A DNA stretch of 64,000 nt. Origin: Nemertoderma westbladi (lineage: Eukaryota; Animalia; Xenacoelomorpha). Position 1 is the first letter of the stretch, and every line of letters begins with the position of its first letter. Both the position numbers and the translations under genes were made by a program. The stretch is taken from assembly GCA_032718475.1 (NCBI GenBank), contig JAUCBJ010001059.1, positions 1,881 through 65,880 of the forward strand, read 5' to 3'. This document shows positions 38,033 through 54,000 of this stretch, in pieces. The notes under the pieces were generated by a model. The model worked only from the letters and a program-made list of their open reading frames with translations. It was not told the DNA's origin and searched no databases.

Positions 38033-39012
38033 GGGGAGTTTCATATTGATGTAGTTCGTTGTGGCGCCGTTCGGGATGCAGTGCGTTGTGCGGATTATGT
38101 TGCGTCAAGGGCAGACAACGTTACGCCAACATAAATAGTTGTGCGATAAAACGTAATAATTATCAATTGTTTTTGTGAGTACCCCATTGCCCTCTGACTG
38201 GCTAATAGTAATTTTTTAACTGTTCACTGTTGCTAGAGTTTCATTTGATAGCCATACGATTTGAGCAGTCCGCAGATCTTTTTAACAACGAAAGTCTCTA
38301 TGTTAGTGATTTTATTATAAATTTGACACATTTGTAATTTGTATACCCGACTGGCGGTTCGGTTCTAAATTAAGATGGTTTAACAGATGGAATTGTAGAT
38401 CAAAATAATGTCGGGAAGTTACTTTATTACTATAGCGGTCGGTTCCCCTTCATAGTAAATAATTAATTCGTCGTAAAATATGTTTAAATTAAGTAGGACA
38501 GCTGGTGTAAGGTTACAGTACAGTAGGAACCCAAGCGAATAATAATTATGCTTTTCTATCATAAATTGTTCTTTAATATTTAACAAAATATACTAAATAT
38601 TCTACAATGAGTTGTATATACTCGTACGTAAACTAAACAAACACATAAATGTTTAAAAATAATAACCTATCTTCTTTTACCCAAAAGTCCTCCACAGGGA
38701 GGGGGGAGAGGATTCGAACAAACCTTATGTCGCGGCTATTTCTCCATAAAATTATTTATGCAGAAAATAATTAGTGGTAGATTTGGTCATAATCTGAAAA
38801 TGATTGAATCTCTTGTCCGATGTGCCGCAAAATGAAAAATTAGGTTTTATGCTTAAGATAATGAAATATATTCCCGAGTTAGATGCCCCCCCCCCCCCCC
38901 CTCCCCCCCACCCCCCCTCCCCCGGGTAGATACGGTTTACATCTTAAAGATAAACATAAAATACTAACTGGATGACCCGGGCCCAGGCCCTGCAATTATC
39001 TGCAGAACTTCA

Positions 39013-42000
39013 TCACGAATAGTCAATTGAGTCTAGAAATGAGTCAATCTCTGAGTCAGTCATAGTCCGTGGCAATGTGGGCAAAAGGGGGATCAGTGGT
39101 GACAAAGACATCTGGGACCTGGTAACCGCATTATGGGTGTTTGGGCTCGCCGCAATCCTGGGCTTTGGTCTCAGCACCAAACTCTTGCTGTGTGGTTCAG
39201 CTACAGTCGGTTGCTTTGGTTTCGTTACAGTCTGGGCGAGCGTGCCAGGGGTACTGCAACCTACCAGCCCCCGCTGGGATAACTTAGACGGGTTGCCACA
39301 GACACCAGGCGAAGCTTTTCCGTTCTCCGCCGCTGACCTAAGCAATCTATTTGGCACATTTTTTCCATTCGAAATATTTTCGGCATTTCGTCCGTCTCCT
39401 TTATTATTCCGCTGTAACCGCAGTCCCGACGTGGAGGAACTCATCTTCGTAACCGTCGATTTATCCCCAACCAACGTGACGACGTCGTTGGGGGTGGATT
39501 GCCGAACTCGGACGTCGTCAACTGAACGCCGATATCGCGATCTAGGGGAACCCTTTACTGAGTGACCCTTAATATTCCTACCTCGAGAGAATTCGTTCCC
39601 AACCGCTGATGTACCCAAACTATCGTTCTTGCTTCCCTTAGGGGATGGTAACTTTGCTATGACTACTGATAACGGAGTAGTAGCTATAGAAGTATTTTCA
39701 GTTTCATTGACACCTACATCATCGGCACCACCTGTAAATGATGATAAAATCGACTTTAAATTAAGTTTACCTCTCGTCGACTGCGGTAGATTCTCTTTAA
39801 CTCCACTGCTATCAACATTTCCGGGTTGACGTTCTACACTTTTACTTTTTCCCTTTGCTTTGTAGGCTATCATGAGTTTTTTAGGACGTCCAACTGGTCT
39901 ACTAGACCTAACCGGCACAGAGCTACCACTGGAATTGCGTCTATTCTTCCCTGGACTGCTAGACTTTAGTCGTTTTGGTTTTCTTCTAGATTTCCTAGGA
40001 CTCGCACAATGTTTATTGCTTTGGTTATCGGTAGGCACTTCAATACGCCGAACTGTCTTCACGTCAGTGTAATATTTCTCCAAACAACCTTTAACAATCT
40101 TTGTTTTGTGACGGCCGGACTTGGTGGACCCACCCGATGCACCGCTTACGATCCTCTTCATAATCCGACGCTGAGCTTTCATTTTCTCGAACATTCTTGT
40201 CGGCGTAGGTTTGATGCGATCGTATGAAAGAACAGCAGCGTTATCAATTATGATGCACTCATCGCTTATTTGTTTCGAAGTAATATTCCCTTCCTCATCA
40301 CCTGTACCAAGTAAATAAACAACTTTATTGCCATTTTTCGAACAATTGGGATCTACGTTATTTTGAATATTGTTATGACTCCCTGTTTCTAAAGTAAAGG
40401 AGTCAACCTGGTCTGGTTTTCTGTACGCAAATTCATCAGATGCCACGTCTGATATAACGTGCTCCTTACAGATAGAAGCCCGGACGTTGGGTGCTGCTGT
40501 AAGTTCAACCTTCTCTCGAAACTGATCTGAATAAATAGAAGTTAGCCAAGCCGGCATAGACGACAGATCAGACCACGAGTTTAACTCCCTATCTTTAGAA
40601 AAAGAATTAAAATTCCCTCCTGTTGGTTTTACTAACGCGTCAAATTCCGCAAAGAATAAATCAGATTTGCAACTTTTAGTACCTCTTGCACTGTCCGATG
40701 TTTCGTCCAACACACTAGCACCGGTCTGTGGGATATCATCGTCGCTGCATTCAACTTCCGTGTATATAGAAACCGGAGACAATGGAATACACTTTGTTTG
40801 AGATAAATCGAAAGATGAAAGTTCATTGAAACGTTGAGAGTTTAAGTTGACAGAGTTACTTAACATTGTCGGTGACTGAGGGGAACTATCTTTAGAAGAT
40901 TTACATGCTGCGTTTGTATCTAGACGACCGTTGCTATTGGTAACTGGTTTCAATCCCAAACATAGTAAGTATTCCTGCTTCCTCATCCCTGCACCATAAT
41001 AATCATTTACTGCTGACAGAGTTTCATTCGGTGTCTCACAAGGAATAGGAGAAGCAGGAGATTCCTCTGGAAAGGAAACTCCACGAGATTCCGCTGCGAC
41101 TCTGTCAGTTGTTTTATTGTTTCTCATACTTTCCCGTTCGATGTTATGGCCTATTGATTGATTCTCATTACAATCGATAAGAACAACTCTCAGATCCTTG
41201 AGTGTAGAATTATCCTGGCAGAGAGGTATATTTACGGGCGACCGCCGGATAAAAACCTCAGACTGTTGTTGTGGCAACGATGGCGGTGAATGTGTGTTCT
41301 CTATGTGATCGATACAATCAGTTAATGTACCAGCGTGGCTGGTGATGAGGCCAGCCCCAGCTCGCATTGTTTGCTGTTCCATAGGTTGCACCTGATTTGG
41401 TTCCAAATGAATGGAGTGGACCTGATTTGGTACTAACTGAATAGGTTGCACCTGATTTGGTCCCACGCCCAATAGAATGGGTTGCACCAGTGTGGTTTGA
41501 CCATTGGGTGGAATATTCGCAACGGTAAGTGAAGGAGAGGCCAGTGGCAGTTCGCGAACAACTACTGCATTCGGTGGTTTACTGACAATGGTCGCTAGGC
41601 GGGGTTTCTTTGATTCGGGAAGTTGTTCAACAGCTCGACGCTTCCGAGTGGATTTTCTTGGTTGGGAAGTGACTCTTCCAGTTAGTCCTTCCGCTGTTGT
41701 AGAGACCATAGGACCACCACTAGATGCATCTATACCGTCTCCCATTACATTAGGGTTAGAGTAACAAAGAGGAATATAAGAAGCCGTCCCAGTGGAACAT
41801 AAATCCAAAGATCTGTCTTGAAGGTAATAATTAAAATATATATTGGTGAATTGATCGCTAATATATGAACTGGTTGCTGTTGTGGTTGTTGTCACGTCTG
41901 TTTCAGTGGAACTTCCGGTGGCAAGGGCGACGACGCGTCCGACAGTACTAGTGGTGCATCCGATGGTACTAGTGTGTCCGGTACTAGTGTGTCCGAAGCT

Positions 42001-45000
42001 ATAAGTGGCTTGTCCGACGGTACTATTGGTAAGTCCGGTGGTATCAGTTGTGTGACTGACAGTATCCGCTGTGTGTCCGACGGTACTAGAGGTGAGTCTG
42101 ACGGTATTGTGGGTACATCCAGCAGTGTCTGCGGTGCATTCGTCGGTACTTCTAGTGTTGCATCGGACGTTATCGGTGGTGTGACCGCCGTTACAATCGG
42201 ACGAAGAAATCGGTTTATGGTGAATCAATCCCCCAGCTGGCAGGATGTGACGGAGTCCTCTAGTGGTGGGCGTCAGACGAGGCGGATCCATAGCGACTGG
42301 GGCCCCAGATGGCGACATTCTAATGGGTCTCGGTCTCGGTGTCGATAAAACCGAAGCCAACGGACGAGGAGTTGTTGTTATAGGTTCCACAGATACAGTG
42401 CTTCGGCACAGGAATGGCTCTACCGGATACGCAATAAAGGGAGGGTAATTTTCGCTAAATGAAACTGTATCAATTATTTGCGGCTTTTTGGAAGGTCTAG
42501 ATGACTTTATAGGAGACTTTGTTGGTGTGGATACAACCCTGGAAGGTAGTTGCGATGGAGTTGAAATAACTTTTGTACTCAAATATTGTTGTATTGGAGG
42601 TTCTGAAACATTTAATGATGTCGTTACAAAATATAAATCGTCACGGTTTATGGTGGTTAGAGACCTTCCACGGGATGATGTGGGCGCCAACGATACTGTT
42701 TGTGTACTCGGAGTGGATTGTATCGGCGAATGAACTATTGTAGGAGGCGTTATCGCTGAACTTGGTGGAATTATATTTAGAGATTCTTTCTGATGAATTT
42801 CTAATGGATCGTTCGACACATCGGCTGCAATCATGTCCAACAGTTGGTCCAGAGCGGGGTCGGTGGCTGCATCGAATGCGAGCTTACTGATCGAGTCAGT
42901 GGGCATGGAAAGCAACTCATCGAGGGAAGGGTTCTAAAATAAACAGAACATAAAACATGAGTTGTAGCTAAACAACACATTGATACATTGATAAAGAAAA
43001 CTAACCAATGAAAAATCTTGCAAGGGTCAAAAATCACTAAAAGTGGCCAAAATTAGGTTGAGATTTTCGTCAACAATTTTTTCTTTCAAAACCTATAAAC
43101 ATATCATTCGAAAGCGCTTTTTAAGGAGAATGCGATGAGCACGGTGTGCAGCTTTAAAAATTAACTTACTAATTATATTTGGGTTTTAATTTGGGTTTTA
43201 AGTTAAGTCCCCCCTGTAATGCAATTTCCGTATAGAAATAGTATAGAACATTACAGGTGGGACGCATTACAGGGGGGCTACATTTTTTATAAGGAGAGTA
43301 TAGAGCATTACAGGGAGGGGGGGGGGGGGGCGCATTACAGAGGGGACATTTCCTGCTTGTTTTTATCTCTTATTTCAATAAACTTCTACATATTTTACAA
43401 TGTTTGGGCAAGATGAAAAGCCCGCGCGAAATTTCCTTTTCAAAGAGACCAAATATAAGACTTCAAAATTTCTTGGGAAGAATTTATTGACATTTAAGTG
43501 GCATTACAGGGGGGGGGGGGGGGGGCAAGCGGATCACCCCGACTTTATAACTTTTAACTACCACTACGTGAATATGCTAACATGCAATTGGCTGAAATTT
43601 GGACAGCGAACATAGGAAAGATGGTTCTTTCATATATCCAGGTTTTTATGATTGGAGCTGTGAGATGATCATAGTTAACCAGGTCCATTACAGGTGGGAC
43701 ACAAAAAACAATACAAATGTCTAATGCTTATTCTTACTGACCTTAGATACATTGCACTGAAAAAAGTAACTACATCTCGTTTGAAAAAGTGCCTCTATCA
43801 ATTATTAGTGGCATTAATTAATTTTGAAAGTTGCGATTTTACTAAACTGCAATTTTTTTCGAAATATGAAATTATTTATTTTTCCAAATTACAAAAACTA
43901 ATTTTGTTAAATTTAATTAAATGTACTTCAAGACTATACCAGGTTATGTAAATTACTAAATATATTAAAGTTCCACTTTTTTGAATTTCTGTAAAAAGGT
44001 GCGCTTTTAAACAAGGTTTATGTGTTGTAAAGTGCTACTTTAAAACAAAAAAAATTAAAAAAGTACCCTAATCAGTAAACAGTTACGATTTTAAACTTTT
44101 AACGCAAACGTGACCCATGAAAATGTGAATATTGTGTAAAAAGATACGATATGCTTTAAAGGAAACAAACCATATCTTAGGAGGATTGAAGAGCCTCAAT
44201 ATTATTTATTGTTGTCCATGGACAACAATAAATAATATATTCGCTTCTGCAGAATTTTATGCTCTTTCAAATGGTATATAGATATCAACATATCTGGTTC
44301 GTTAACATTATAAAATTTAAATGCTTTTAACTTATTGAGTGTCTACACTGAAGAATCTATGTTTTTTCGAATTCGCGCAGATATTCTGAATATTTTTAAA
44401 CAAAATATACACCCCCGTTCGGGGTAAATAAGCACAATAAAATAAAGTTAGACATTATATGACATTGTCATTGTCCCAATCACAAACGAGTACGAATATC
44501 TTGGAGTTACAATGCAACCAACCATTTGCTTCACTCGTGATATCTTAAAGAAAAAGCGTACAGCGCCATAGGTTGTCTTAATAATCTCCCTCTCATTGAC
44601 TCCGGCCTCCAAATATTCAAAGCAAAAATCGCCCCAATTATATTATATGCTATCACAGAAATCTCCCCGTTCCTAACTCTAGCTAACCTGAAAGATATCG
44701 ACAGGGTCAAATCAATGTATTGCAAACGGATGCTCAGCTTACATAAATCGGCCTCATCTACAATGGTTCTAAATCTGTTAAATCAGAGTACCCTGGTTCA
44801 AGACATCCTCAGAGATTCACCAGCTTCAGTACTCTGACAAGACTGTCTTAAATAATTATAACGCATTCCGGATGGAACGTGAACAGAATTTCGTTTCCGA
44901 ACAACACACGCGAGGGCCGGCGTTCAACAACTCGTCGTGGCGCCGACCTGGTCAACGAAACAGACACGTCATAACTCGCGCTACAGCTCACGGATTTCAC

Positions 45001-48000
45001 CTCCTCCTTTGTACTGACCGCTGCCCATTCCATGACCTATCTGGCTCGTGTTGCTGTCGCTACTGCAACCATTCTTCCAAGGACCGATATCACGTACTCG
45101 TATGCCCATCCTGCCCCTCACTCGCTACTCTCGCCCAACTATAGCTGCTCAACACGCTCCTTTTATCTCATTACTAACTACAGTATATGGTGAAGGGTTG
45201 GACAGTATAACGAGTTATATATGTCCACATATAATGTCTATTCTGAATATTTAATTCAAGGTAGCGTTGCAAAAAAATGGTGTTCAATAACACCGAAAAA
45301 TTCCGGTCATTCTAAGATATAAATTATTGGAAATGATCGAGGAAGTCAAAAGTTACGGCGTGTCTAATGTTTTTGTTAAGTTTTGGCCACTTTTAGTGAC
45401 TTCCACAAACAGATTTCCTGTATCTATATGATCCCAGTATTTCTTTCCAAAGATTCGTCAACTTAGACTGCCATTGGTTAAACTTTCGGAATTACCCTAT
45501 CTACATACACAGCACAGACGCATACTTGGTATTTCGTACCCACAGACGGGTTCTTATTACCACATAAATACTGAATCAAACACTTAATATTTTGAACGCC
45601 GGTCCACCCGATTAAGATAACTCTTAAGTTTAACTAACCAATATTGTAAGAGAACCCTCATCGTCGCTGTTAACATTATCGTCGAACTTGTATGTGCCTG
45701 TCGTGGTTTTGTTAAGCTGCTGATCGGTTTGCTCTATACGTGTTTTATTAATATTAAACGCCAAACGAGATGAGAAACCCTCGTTACTAATCAATTCCTC
45801 AATGATTTGCTAAAAATTTAATAAAATAATTGTATACAGTTAACAAACGAGCAATTATTAAACGTTATGCACCAAATACTCCGCTATAAACCATTTAAGG
45901 GGTTCAACTCCCGTCCCCTCCGTCCCTTTGTCTTCATCGTTACTTGAACTTACTGTAATCGCGTCCCCATCCGATGTAACATTCCTCGCATCTTTCACCG
46001 CAGTCTTTCCTTTCACTACTCGGGTTTTTGCCTTTCTAGGTGTTCGCATCTTAATTCTCGCCTTAGCAACTGGATTCGGTATCTTATCAACAACTGATAA
46101 AATAAAACAAATTAATACTGGCAGACTGGCTATAAGACTCATTAATACAATTTATCAAGTTTCTGTTTTATTATTATATTAAATCCGGTTTATTTATTTT
46201 TAATCAGGATTTAATCATCAATATATGCAGTCATGGTTTAAAGATTCTTCGATAAAAGACACCTTCATTATTTATAAGAACACAATATGGCTGAAATTCA
46301 AGTAACATGTAATAATATCAATCAAAGGTCATAATCTACCATTATAACAAAAAAAAGGATAAAATTCATTAATCAAAATCGTAAAATTTTAAATAAGATG
46401 AAATTTCATTTATTATGGAATGCATCCGGCTGTACGCGGTACAGTGTTACAAAATGTACCGTAACAGATACGGAACGCATCCGACTGTACGCGGTACAGT
46501 GTTACACAATGTACCGTACCAGATACGGAATGCAACCGGCTGTACGCGGTACAGTGTTACACAATGTACCGCACCAGATACGGAACGCATCCGGCTGTAC
46601 TGTACGCGGTACAGTGTTACACAATGTACCGCACCAGATACGGAATGCATCCGGCTGTACGCGGTACAGTGTTACACAATGTACCGCAACAGATACGGAA
46701 TGCATCCGGCTGTATGCGGTACAGTGTTACACAATGTTCCGCACCAGATACGGAATGCATCCGGCTGTACGCGGTACAGTGTTACACAATGTACCGCAAC
46801 AGATACGGAATGCATCCGGCTGTACGCGGTACAGTGTTACACAATGTACCGTACCAGATACGGAATGCAACCGGCTGTACGCGGTACAGTGTTACACAAT
46901 GTACCGTACCAGATACGGAATGCAACCGGCTGTACGCGGTACAGTGTTACACAATGTACCGCACCAGATACGGAACGCATCCGGCTGTACGCGGTACAGT
47001 GTTACACAATGTACCGCAACAGATACGGAATGCATCCGGCTGTACGCGGTACAGTGTTACACAATGTTCCGCACCAGATACGGAATGCATCCGGCTGTAC
47101 GCGGTACAGTGTTACACAATGTACCGCAACAGATACGGAATGCATCCGGCTGTACGCGGTACAGTGTTACACAATGTACCGCACCAGATACGGAATGCAT
47201 CCGGCTGTACGCGGTACAGTGTTACACAATGTACCGTACCAGATACGGAATGCAACCGGCTGTACGCGGTACAGTGTTACACAATGTACCGCACCAGATA
47301 CGGAACGCATCCGGCTGTACGCGGTACAGTGTTACACAATGTACCGTACCAGATACGGAATGCATCCGGCTGTACGCGGTACAGTGTTACACAATGTACC
47401 GTACCAGATACGGAACGCATCCGGCTGTACGCGGTACAGTGTTACACAATGTACCGTACCAGATACGGAATGCAACCGGCTGTACGCGGTACAGTGTTAC
47501 ACAATGTACCGCACCAGATACGGAACGCATCCGGCTGTACGCGGTACAGTGTTACACAATGTACCGTACCAGATACGGCATGCATCCGGCTGTACTGTAC
47601 GCGGTACAGTGTTACACAATGTACCGTACCAGATACGGAATGCATCCGGCTGTACTGTACGCGGTACAGTGTTACACAATGTTCCGCACCAGATACGGAA
47701 CGCATCCGGCTGTACGCGGTACAGTGTTACACAATGTACCGTACCAGATACGGAATGCAACCGGCTGTACGCGGTACAGTGTTACACAATGTACCGCACC
47801 AGATACGGAACGCATCCGGCTGTACTGTACGCGGTACAGTGTTACACAATGTACCGCACCAGATACGGAATGCATCCGGCTGTACGCGGTACAGTGTTAC
47901 ACAATGTACCGCAACAGATACGGAATGCATCCGGCTGTATGCGGTACAGTGTTACACAATGTTCCGCACCAGATACGGAATGCATCCGGCTGTACGCGGT

Positions 48001-51000
48001 ACAGTGTTACACAATGTACCGCAACAGATACGGAATGCATCCGGCTGTACGCGGTACAGTGTTACACAATGTACCGTACCAGATACGGAATGCAACCGGC
48101 TGTACGCGGTACAGTGTTACACAATGTACCGTACCAGATACGGAATGCAACCGGCTGTACGCGGTACAGTGTTACACAATGTACCGCACCAGATACGGAA
48201 CGCATCCGGCTGTACGCGGTACAGTGTTACACAATGTACCGCAACAGATACGGAATGCATCCGGCTGTACGCGGTACAGTGTTACACAATGTTCCGCACC
48301 AGATACGGAATGCATCCGGCTGTACGCGGTACAGTGTTACACAATGTACCGCAACAGATACGGAATGCATCCGGCTGTACGCGGTACAGTGTTACACAAT
48401 GTACCGCACCAGATACGGAATGCATCCGGCTGTACGCGGTACAGTGTTACACAATGTACCGTACCAGATACGGAATGCAACCGGCTGTACGCGGTACAGT
48501 GTTACACAATGTACCGCACCAGATACGGAACGCATCCGGCTGTACGCGGTACAGTGTTACACAATGTACCGTACCAGATACGGAATGCATCCGGCTGTAC
48601 GCGGTACAGTGTTACACAATGTACCGTACCAGATACGGAACGCATCCGGCTGTACGCGGTACAGTGTTACACAATGTACCGTACCAGATACGGAATGCAA
48701 CCGGCTGTACGCGGTACAGTGTTACACAATGTACCGCACCAGATACGGAACGCATCCGGCTGTACGCGGTACAGTGTTACACAATGTACCGTACCAGATA
48801 CGGCATGCATCCGGCTGTACTGTACGCGGTACAGTGTTACACAATGTACCGTACCAGATACGGAATGCATCCGGCTGTACTGTACGCGGTACAGTGTTAC
48901 ACAATGTACCGTACCAGATACGGAACGCATCCGGCTGTACGCGGTACAGTGTTACACAATGTACCGTACCAGATACGGAATGCATCCGGCTGTACGCGGT
49001 ACAGTGTTACACAATGTACCGTACCAGATACGGAATGCATCCGGCTGTACGCGGTACAGTGTTACACAATGTACCGCAACAGATACGAAATGCATCCGGC
49101 TGTACTGTACGCGGTACAGTGTTACACAATGTACCGTACCAGATACGGAATGCATCCGGCTGTACGCGGTACAGTGTTACACAATGTACCGCACCAGATA
49201 CGGAACGCATCCGGCTGTACTGTACGCGGTACAGTGTTACACAATGTACCGTACCAGATACGGAATGCATCCGGCTGTACGCGGTACAGTGTTACACAAT
49301 GTTCCGCACCAGATACGGAACGCATCCGGCTGTACGCGGTACAGTGTTACACAATGTACCGTACCAGATACGGAATGCATCCGGCTGTACGCGGTACAGT
49401 GTTACACAATGTGCCGCACCAGATACGGAATGCATCCGGCTGTACGCGGTACAGTGTTACACAATGTACCGCACCAGATACGGAACGCATCCGGCTGTAC
49501 TGTACGCGGTACAGTGTTACACAATGTACCGTACCAGATACGGAATGCATCCGGCTGTACGCGGTACAGTGTTACACAATGTACCGCACCAGATACGGAA
49601 TGCATCCGGCTGTACTGTACGCGGTACAGTGTTACACAATGTACCGCAACAGATACGAAATGCATCCGGCTGTACTGTACGCGGTACAGTGTTACACAAT
49701 GTACCGTACCAGATACGGAATGCATCCGGCTGTACGCGGTACAGTGTTACACAATGTTCCGCACCAGATACGGAACGCATCCGGCTGTACGCGGTACAGT
49801 GTTACACAATGTACCGTACCAGATACGGAATGCAACCGGCTGTACGCGGTACAGTGTTACACAATATACCGCACCAGATACGGAACGCATCCGGCTGTAC
49901 TGTACGCGGTACAGTGTTACACAATGTACCGCACCAGATACGGAATGCATCCGGCTGTACGCGGTACAGTGTTACACAATGTACCGCAACAGATACGGAA
50001 TGCATCCGGCTGTATGCGGTACAGTGTTACACAATGTTCCGCACCAGATACGGAATGCATCCGGCTGTACGCGGTACAGTGTTACACAATGTACCGCAAC
50101 AGATACGGAATGCATCCGGCTGTACGCGGTACAGTGTTACACAATGTACCGTACCAGATACGGAATGCAACCGGCTGTACGCGGTACAGTGTTACACAAT
50201 GTACCGTACCAGATACGGAATGCAACCGGCTGTACGCGGTACAGTGTTACACAATGTACCGCACCAGATACGGAACGCATCCGGCTGTACGCGGTACAGT
50301 GTTACACAATGTACCGCAACAGATACGGAATGCATCCGGCTGTACGCGGTACAGTGTTACACAATGTTCCGCACCAGATACGGAATGCATCCGGCTGTAC
50401 GCGGTACAGTGTTACACAATGTACCGCACCAGATACGGAACGCATCCGGCTGTACTGTACGCGGTACAGTGTTACACAATGTACCGCACCAGATACGGAA
50501 TGCATCCGGCTGTACGCGGTACAGTGTTACACAATGCACCGTACCAGATACGGAATGCAACCGGCTGTACGCGGTACAGTGTTACACAATGTACCGCACC
50601 AGATACGGAACGCATCCGGCTGTACGCGGTACAGTGTTACACAATGTACCGTACCAGATACGGAATGCATCCGGCTGTACGCGGTACAGTGTTACACAAT
50701 GTACCGTACCAGATACGGAACGCATCCGGCTGTACGCGGTACAGTGTTACACAATGTACCGTACCAGATACGGAATGCAACCGGCTGTACGCGGTACAGT
50801 GTTACACAATGTACCGCACCAGATACGGAACGCATCCGGCTGTACGCGGTACAGTGTTACACAATGTACCGTACCAGATACGGCATGCATCCGGCTGTAC
50901 TGTACGCGGTACAGTGTTACACAATGTACCGTACCAGATACGGAATGCATCCGGCTGTACTGTACGCGGTACAGTGTTACACAATGTACCGTACCAGATA

Positions 51001-54000
51001 CGGAACGCATCCGGCTGTACGCGGTACAGTGTTACACAATGTACCGTACCAGATACGGAATGCATCCGGCTGTACGCGGTACAGTGTTACACAATGTACC
51101 GTACCAGATACGGAATGCATCCGGCTGTACGCGGTACAGTGTTACACAATGTACCGCAACAGATACGAAATGCATCCGGCTGTACTGTGCTATGTTGTGA
51201 GGTGAGCCGAAAGATAGAACAAGAGTTTATCTGAAGCATGTACACAACATAATAATCAATATAATACATATATAGATGTGATAGATAAGTCAGCAGTCAG
51301 GTGGGCGCCGACTGCATAGCAGATATACCAGATACCGGTATGGTAGGTATCAGTATGCTATAAGAAGAACGGTACAGCAGTAAGGTATATGCAGTAAGGT
51401 AACCGACAGAACAGTATAACATACATATATACTATATGGCTACGAGTAGGTCACGAGTATCTCTCATCTCCCCCTTTCAGTTTTAGTGAGTCTGGGAATA
51501 TATGTCAGTACCTCTCACCTCCCCCTTTCAGTCTGGGAGATCGTCGCGGGATGATTTTTGACCTCACCTCGTCATCGAATGTAATGTTGCGTTTGGGTGG
51601 GGACCCACGAGGTGTGTCCGGATTGGACGGTGTGGAAGGAGAGTTGCGTGCTCCGACAAAGCGACGGAGGTATCGACGGTTGCGTATGAGTTTGCGCCCA
51701 TTCGAGAGGAGGATTTCGAAGCGGCGGAACCCGAGTTTTCCCACGATAGTGCCAGTGCGGTCCCACAGGCGTGTCCGTTGACTTTGTAGACGGACCGTCT
51801 CACCGAGAGTAAGCGGTGGGAGGGGATGTGCGGATAGGTTATAACGATCAGCCATGTCCTGTTTAAGGATACCAGCTCGAATAACAGAATCGGTGGTCGG
51901 CTTTGTGGCAAAGGAAGCAGGGTGTACTGGCACGCGGGATCGCATTGAACGTCCATAGAGTAACTGCGCAGGGGACAAACCAGTGGCAGATGGGGTGTTT
52001 CGCCACTCAAGGATGGCCTCAGCAAATGCGCGTTGATCAAGATGTTTATTAGCGGTTTGACACTTTTTTACGAGGGCCTTCATGGCATGAACCGCAGATT
52101 CGGCATGGCCATTGGATTGTGGATATTCAGGCGAGGAGATGCGGTGTGTCACCGACCAGTCGTGGAGGAAGTTGCGGAACTCCTCTGACGTGAACTGGGG
52201 CCCTCCATCTGTAGATAGTTCGACCGGGGCACCATAGTCCCGGAAGTATTGGGTAAATGAGTCAATAAGGTGGCGTGTAGAGGGGCATGTGCGGTATGCC
52301 TCAACTATGGGCCAACCAGTGTGTCGATCAGCATATACAAGGTAATATTGATATGCGTAGGAGTACAGATCAGCGGAACATTGCTCAAATGGTCGATTTG
52401 GAAGCGGGGTTGAAATTAAGTCCTCATGTGGTTGACTACGTTGGTATAGTTGACACGAGTCACATGACTCGACAGTGTTTTTGATGTCGGAATTCATGCC
52501 GGGCCAGTAGAACGCCTGGCGCGCGCGACGCTTGGTACGAACAATGCCTTGATGCGAGGCATGTAACCGCTTAAGGATTTCACGACGAATGGAACTTGGG
52601 ATAATGATCCTGGCTCCATATAGAATGAGGTCGCCGTCGATTGACAGTTCCGGTAGTATACTTTTATATTGATGGACTGACTGTTTCGGTATGTCGTCAG
52701 TGTCTTTACCATTGGCAAGGTAATGGTACAGATGCTGGTAGGGGATATCTGTTTTAGCAGCGTTGATGATGATGTCGAGAGCAGGGTCATGACTGGGATG
52801 TCCGTCGGCGACTGATTCATCATCTATAGCACTGACTCGTTGGATGACGGCTGTGTGGTGGTCATCTTGGAATAATACTTCATCACTGGGTTGCGGGTCG
52901 GAGGTAGGAGCTCGTGAGAGAGCGTCGGCTGAGTGATTGTCCTTCCCTGGGACCCATTTAGCTGTAAACGTATATGGGGCAAGTTTCTCGCGGAGGCGTT
53001 GGAGACGGGGGTTCTCAATGAGGTCGAGGGTGAACCTGTTGAGGATAGGAATTAATGGTTTGTGGTCAACTTCGATGTCAAAGTGTGTGAGGCCTTGGAG
53101 ATATAACTTGCACTTTGATGCAGCCCATACGACAGCAAGTAATTCAAGCTCACACATAGCGTAGCGTGATTCGGTATTAGTTGTGAAACGAGAGCCACAT
53201 TGAATGAGACGCCAGCTCGGAGGTGAGTTAAGATCAGCGTTGTGATTTTGCAGCAACACATATCCTAAGCCTTGGAGACGAGACGCATCCGTGCGAAGGA
53301 CGGTGGGCAACACAGGGTTAAAAGGTTGAAGCACTGGTGGGGAGACCAAAGCGGCTTTAACGGCATTAAAGGCGGCGGTGTGCACGTCCAACCAGAGAAA
53401 TGAGTTGCGAGTTTGCAGCAGCGGTCGTAAGGGAGCGGCAACAGCGGCGATTTCATTGGAGAACTCGCCGAGTTGGTTAACTAAACCAAAAAATGAGCGG
53501 AGCTCACGGATGTTCGTTGGGATGGGGAATTCCGAGATGGCTGATACCCGGCTGGGATCAGCTTCGACACCAGTGTGGCCAACAATATAGCCAGCAAACT
53601 CAACACTTGGCTGCGCAAAAACGATTTTGTCAGGGTTTAGAGTTATTGAAGCATTACGACATCGGGTTAAAAGTTCCGAAACAATAGTGACGTGTTCGTC
53701 AAACGTTGTTGTATAAACGATGATGTCGTCTACAATTTTTCTACTATTTGTTAGGCCCTCGAGTGCAGCATCGCCTCGACGGCAATATTCATCCCCGGAG
53801 CATGATAGACCCATCGGTGCGCGAAGATACATATAGCGTCCATATGGGGTCAGGAATGTAGTGAGAGGTTGGCTGTCCTCGTCAAGAGGTATTTGCCAGT
53901 ACCCATGGGTCGCATCGAATTTGGAAAAGTAGCGCATTCCATGGGGAATTGAGAATACTACATCGCGGGGTGATGGAAAGGGATGAACTGGTCGGTGTAT

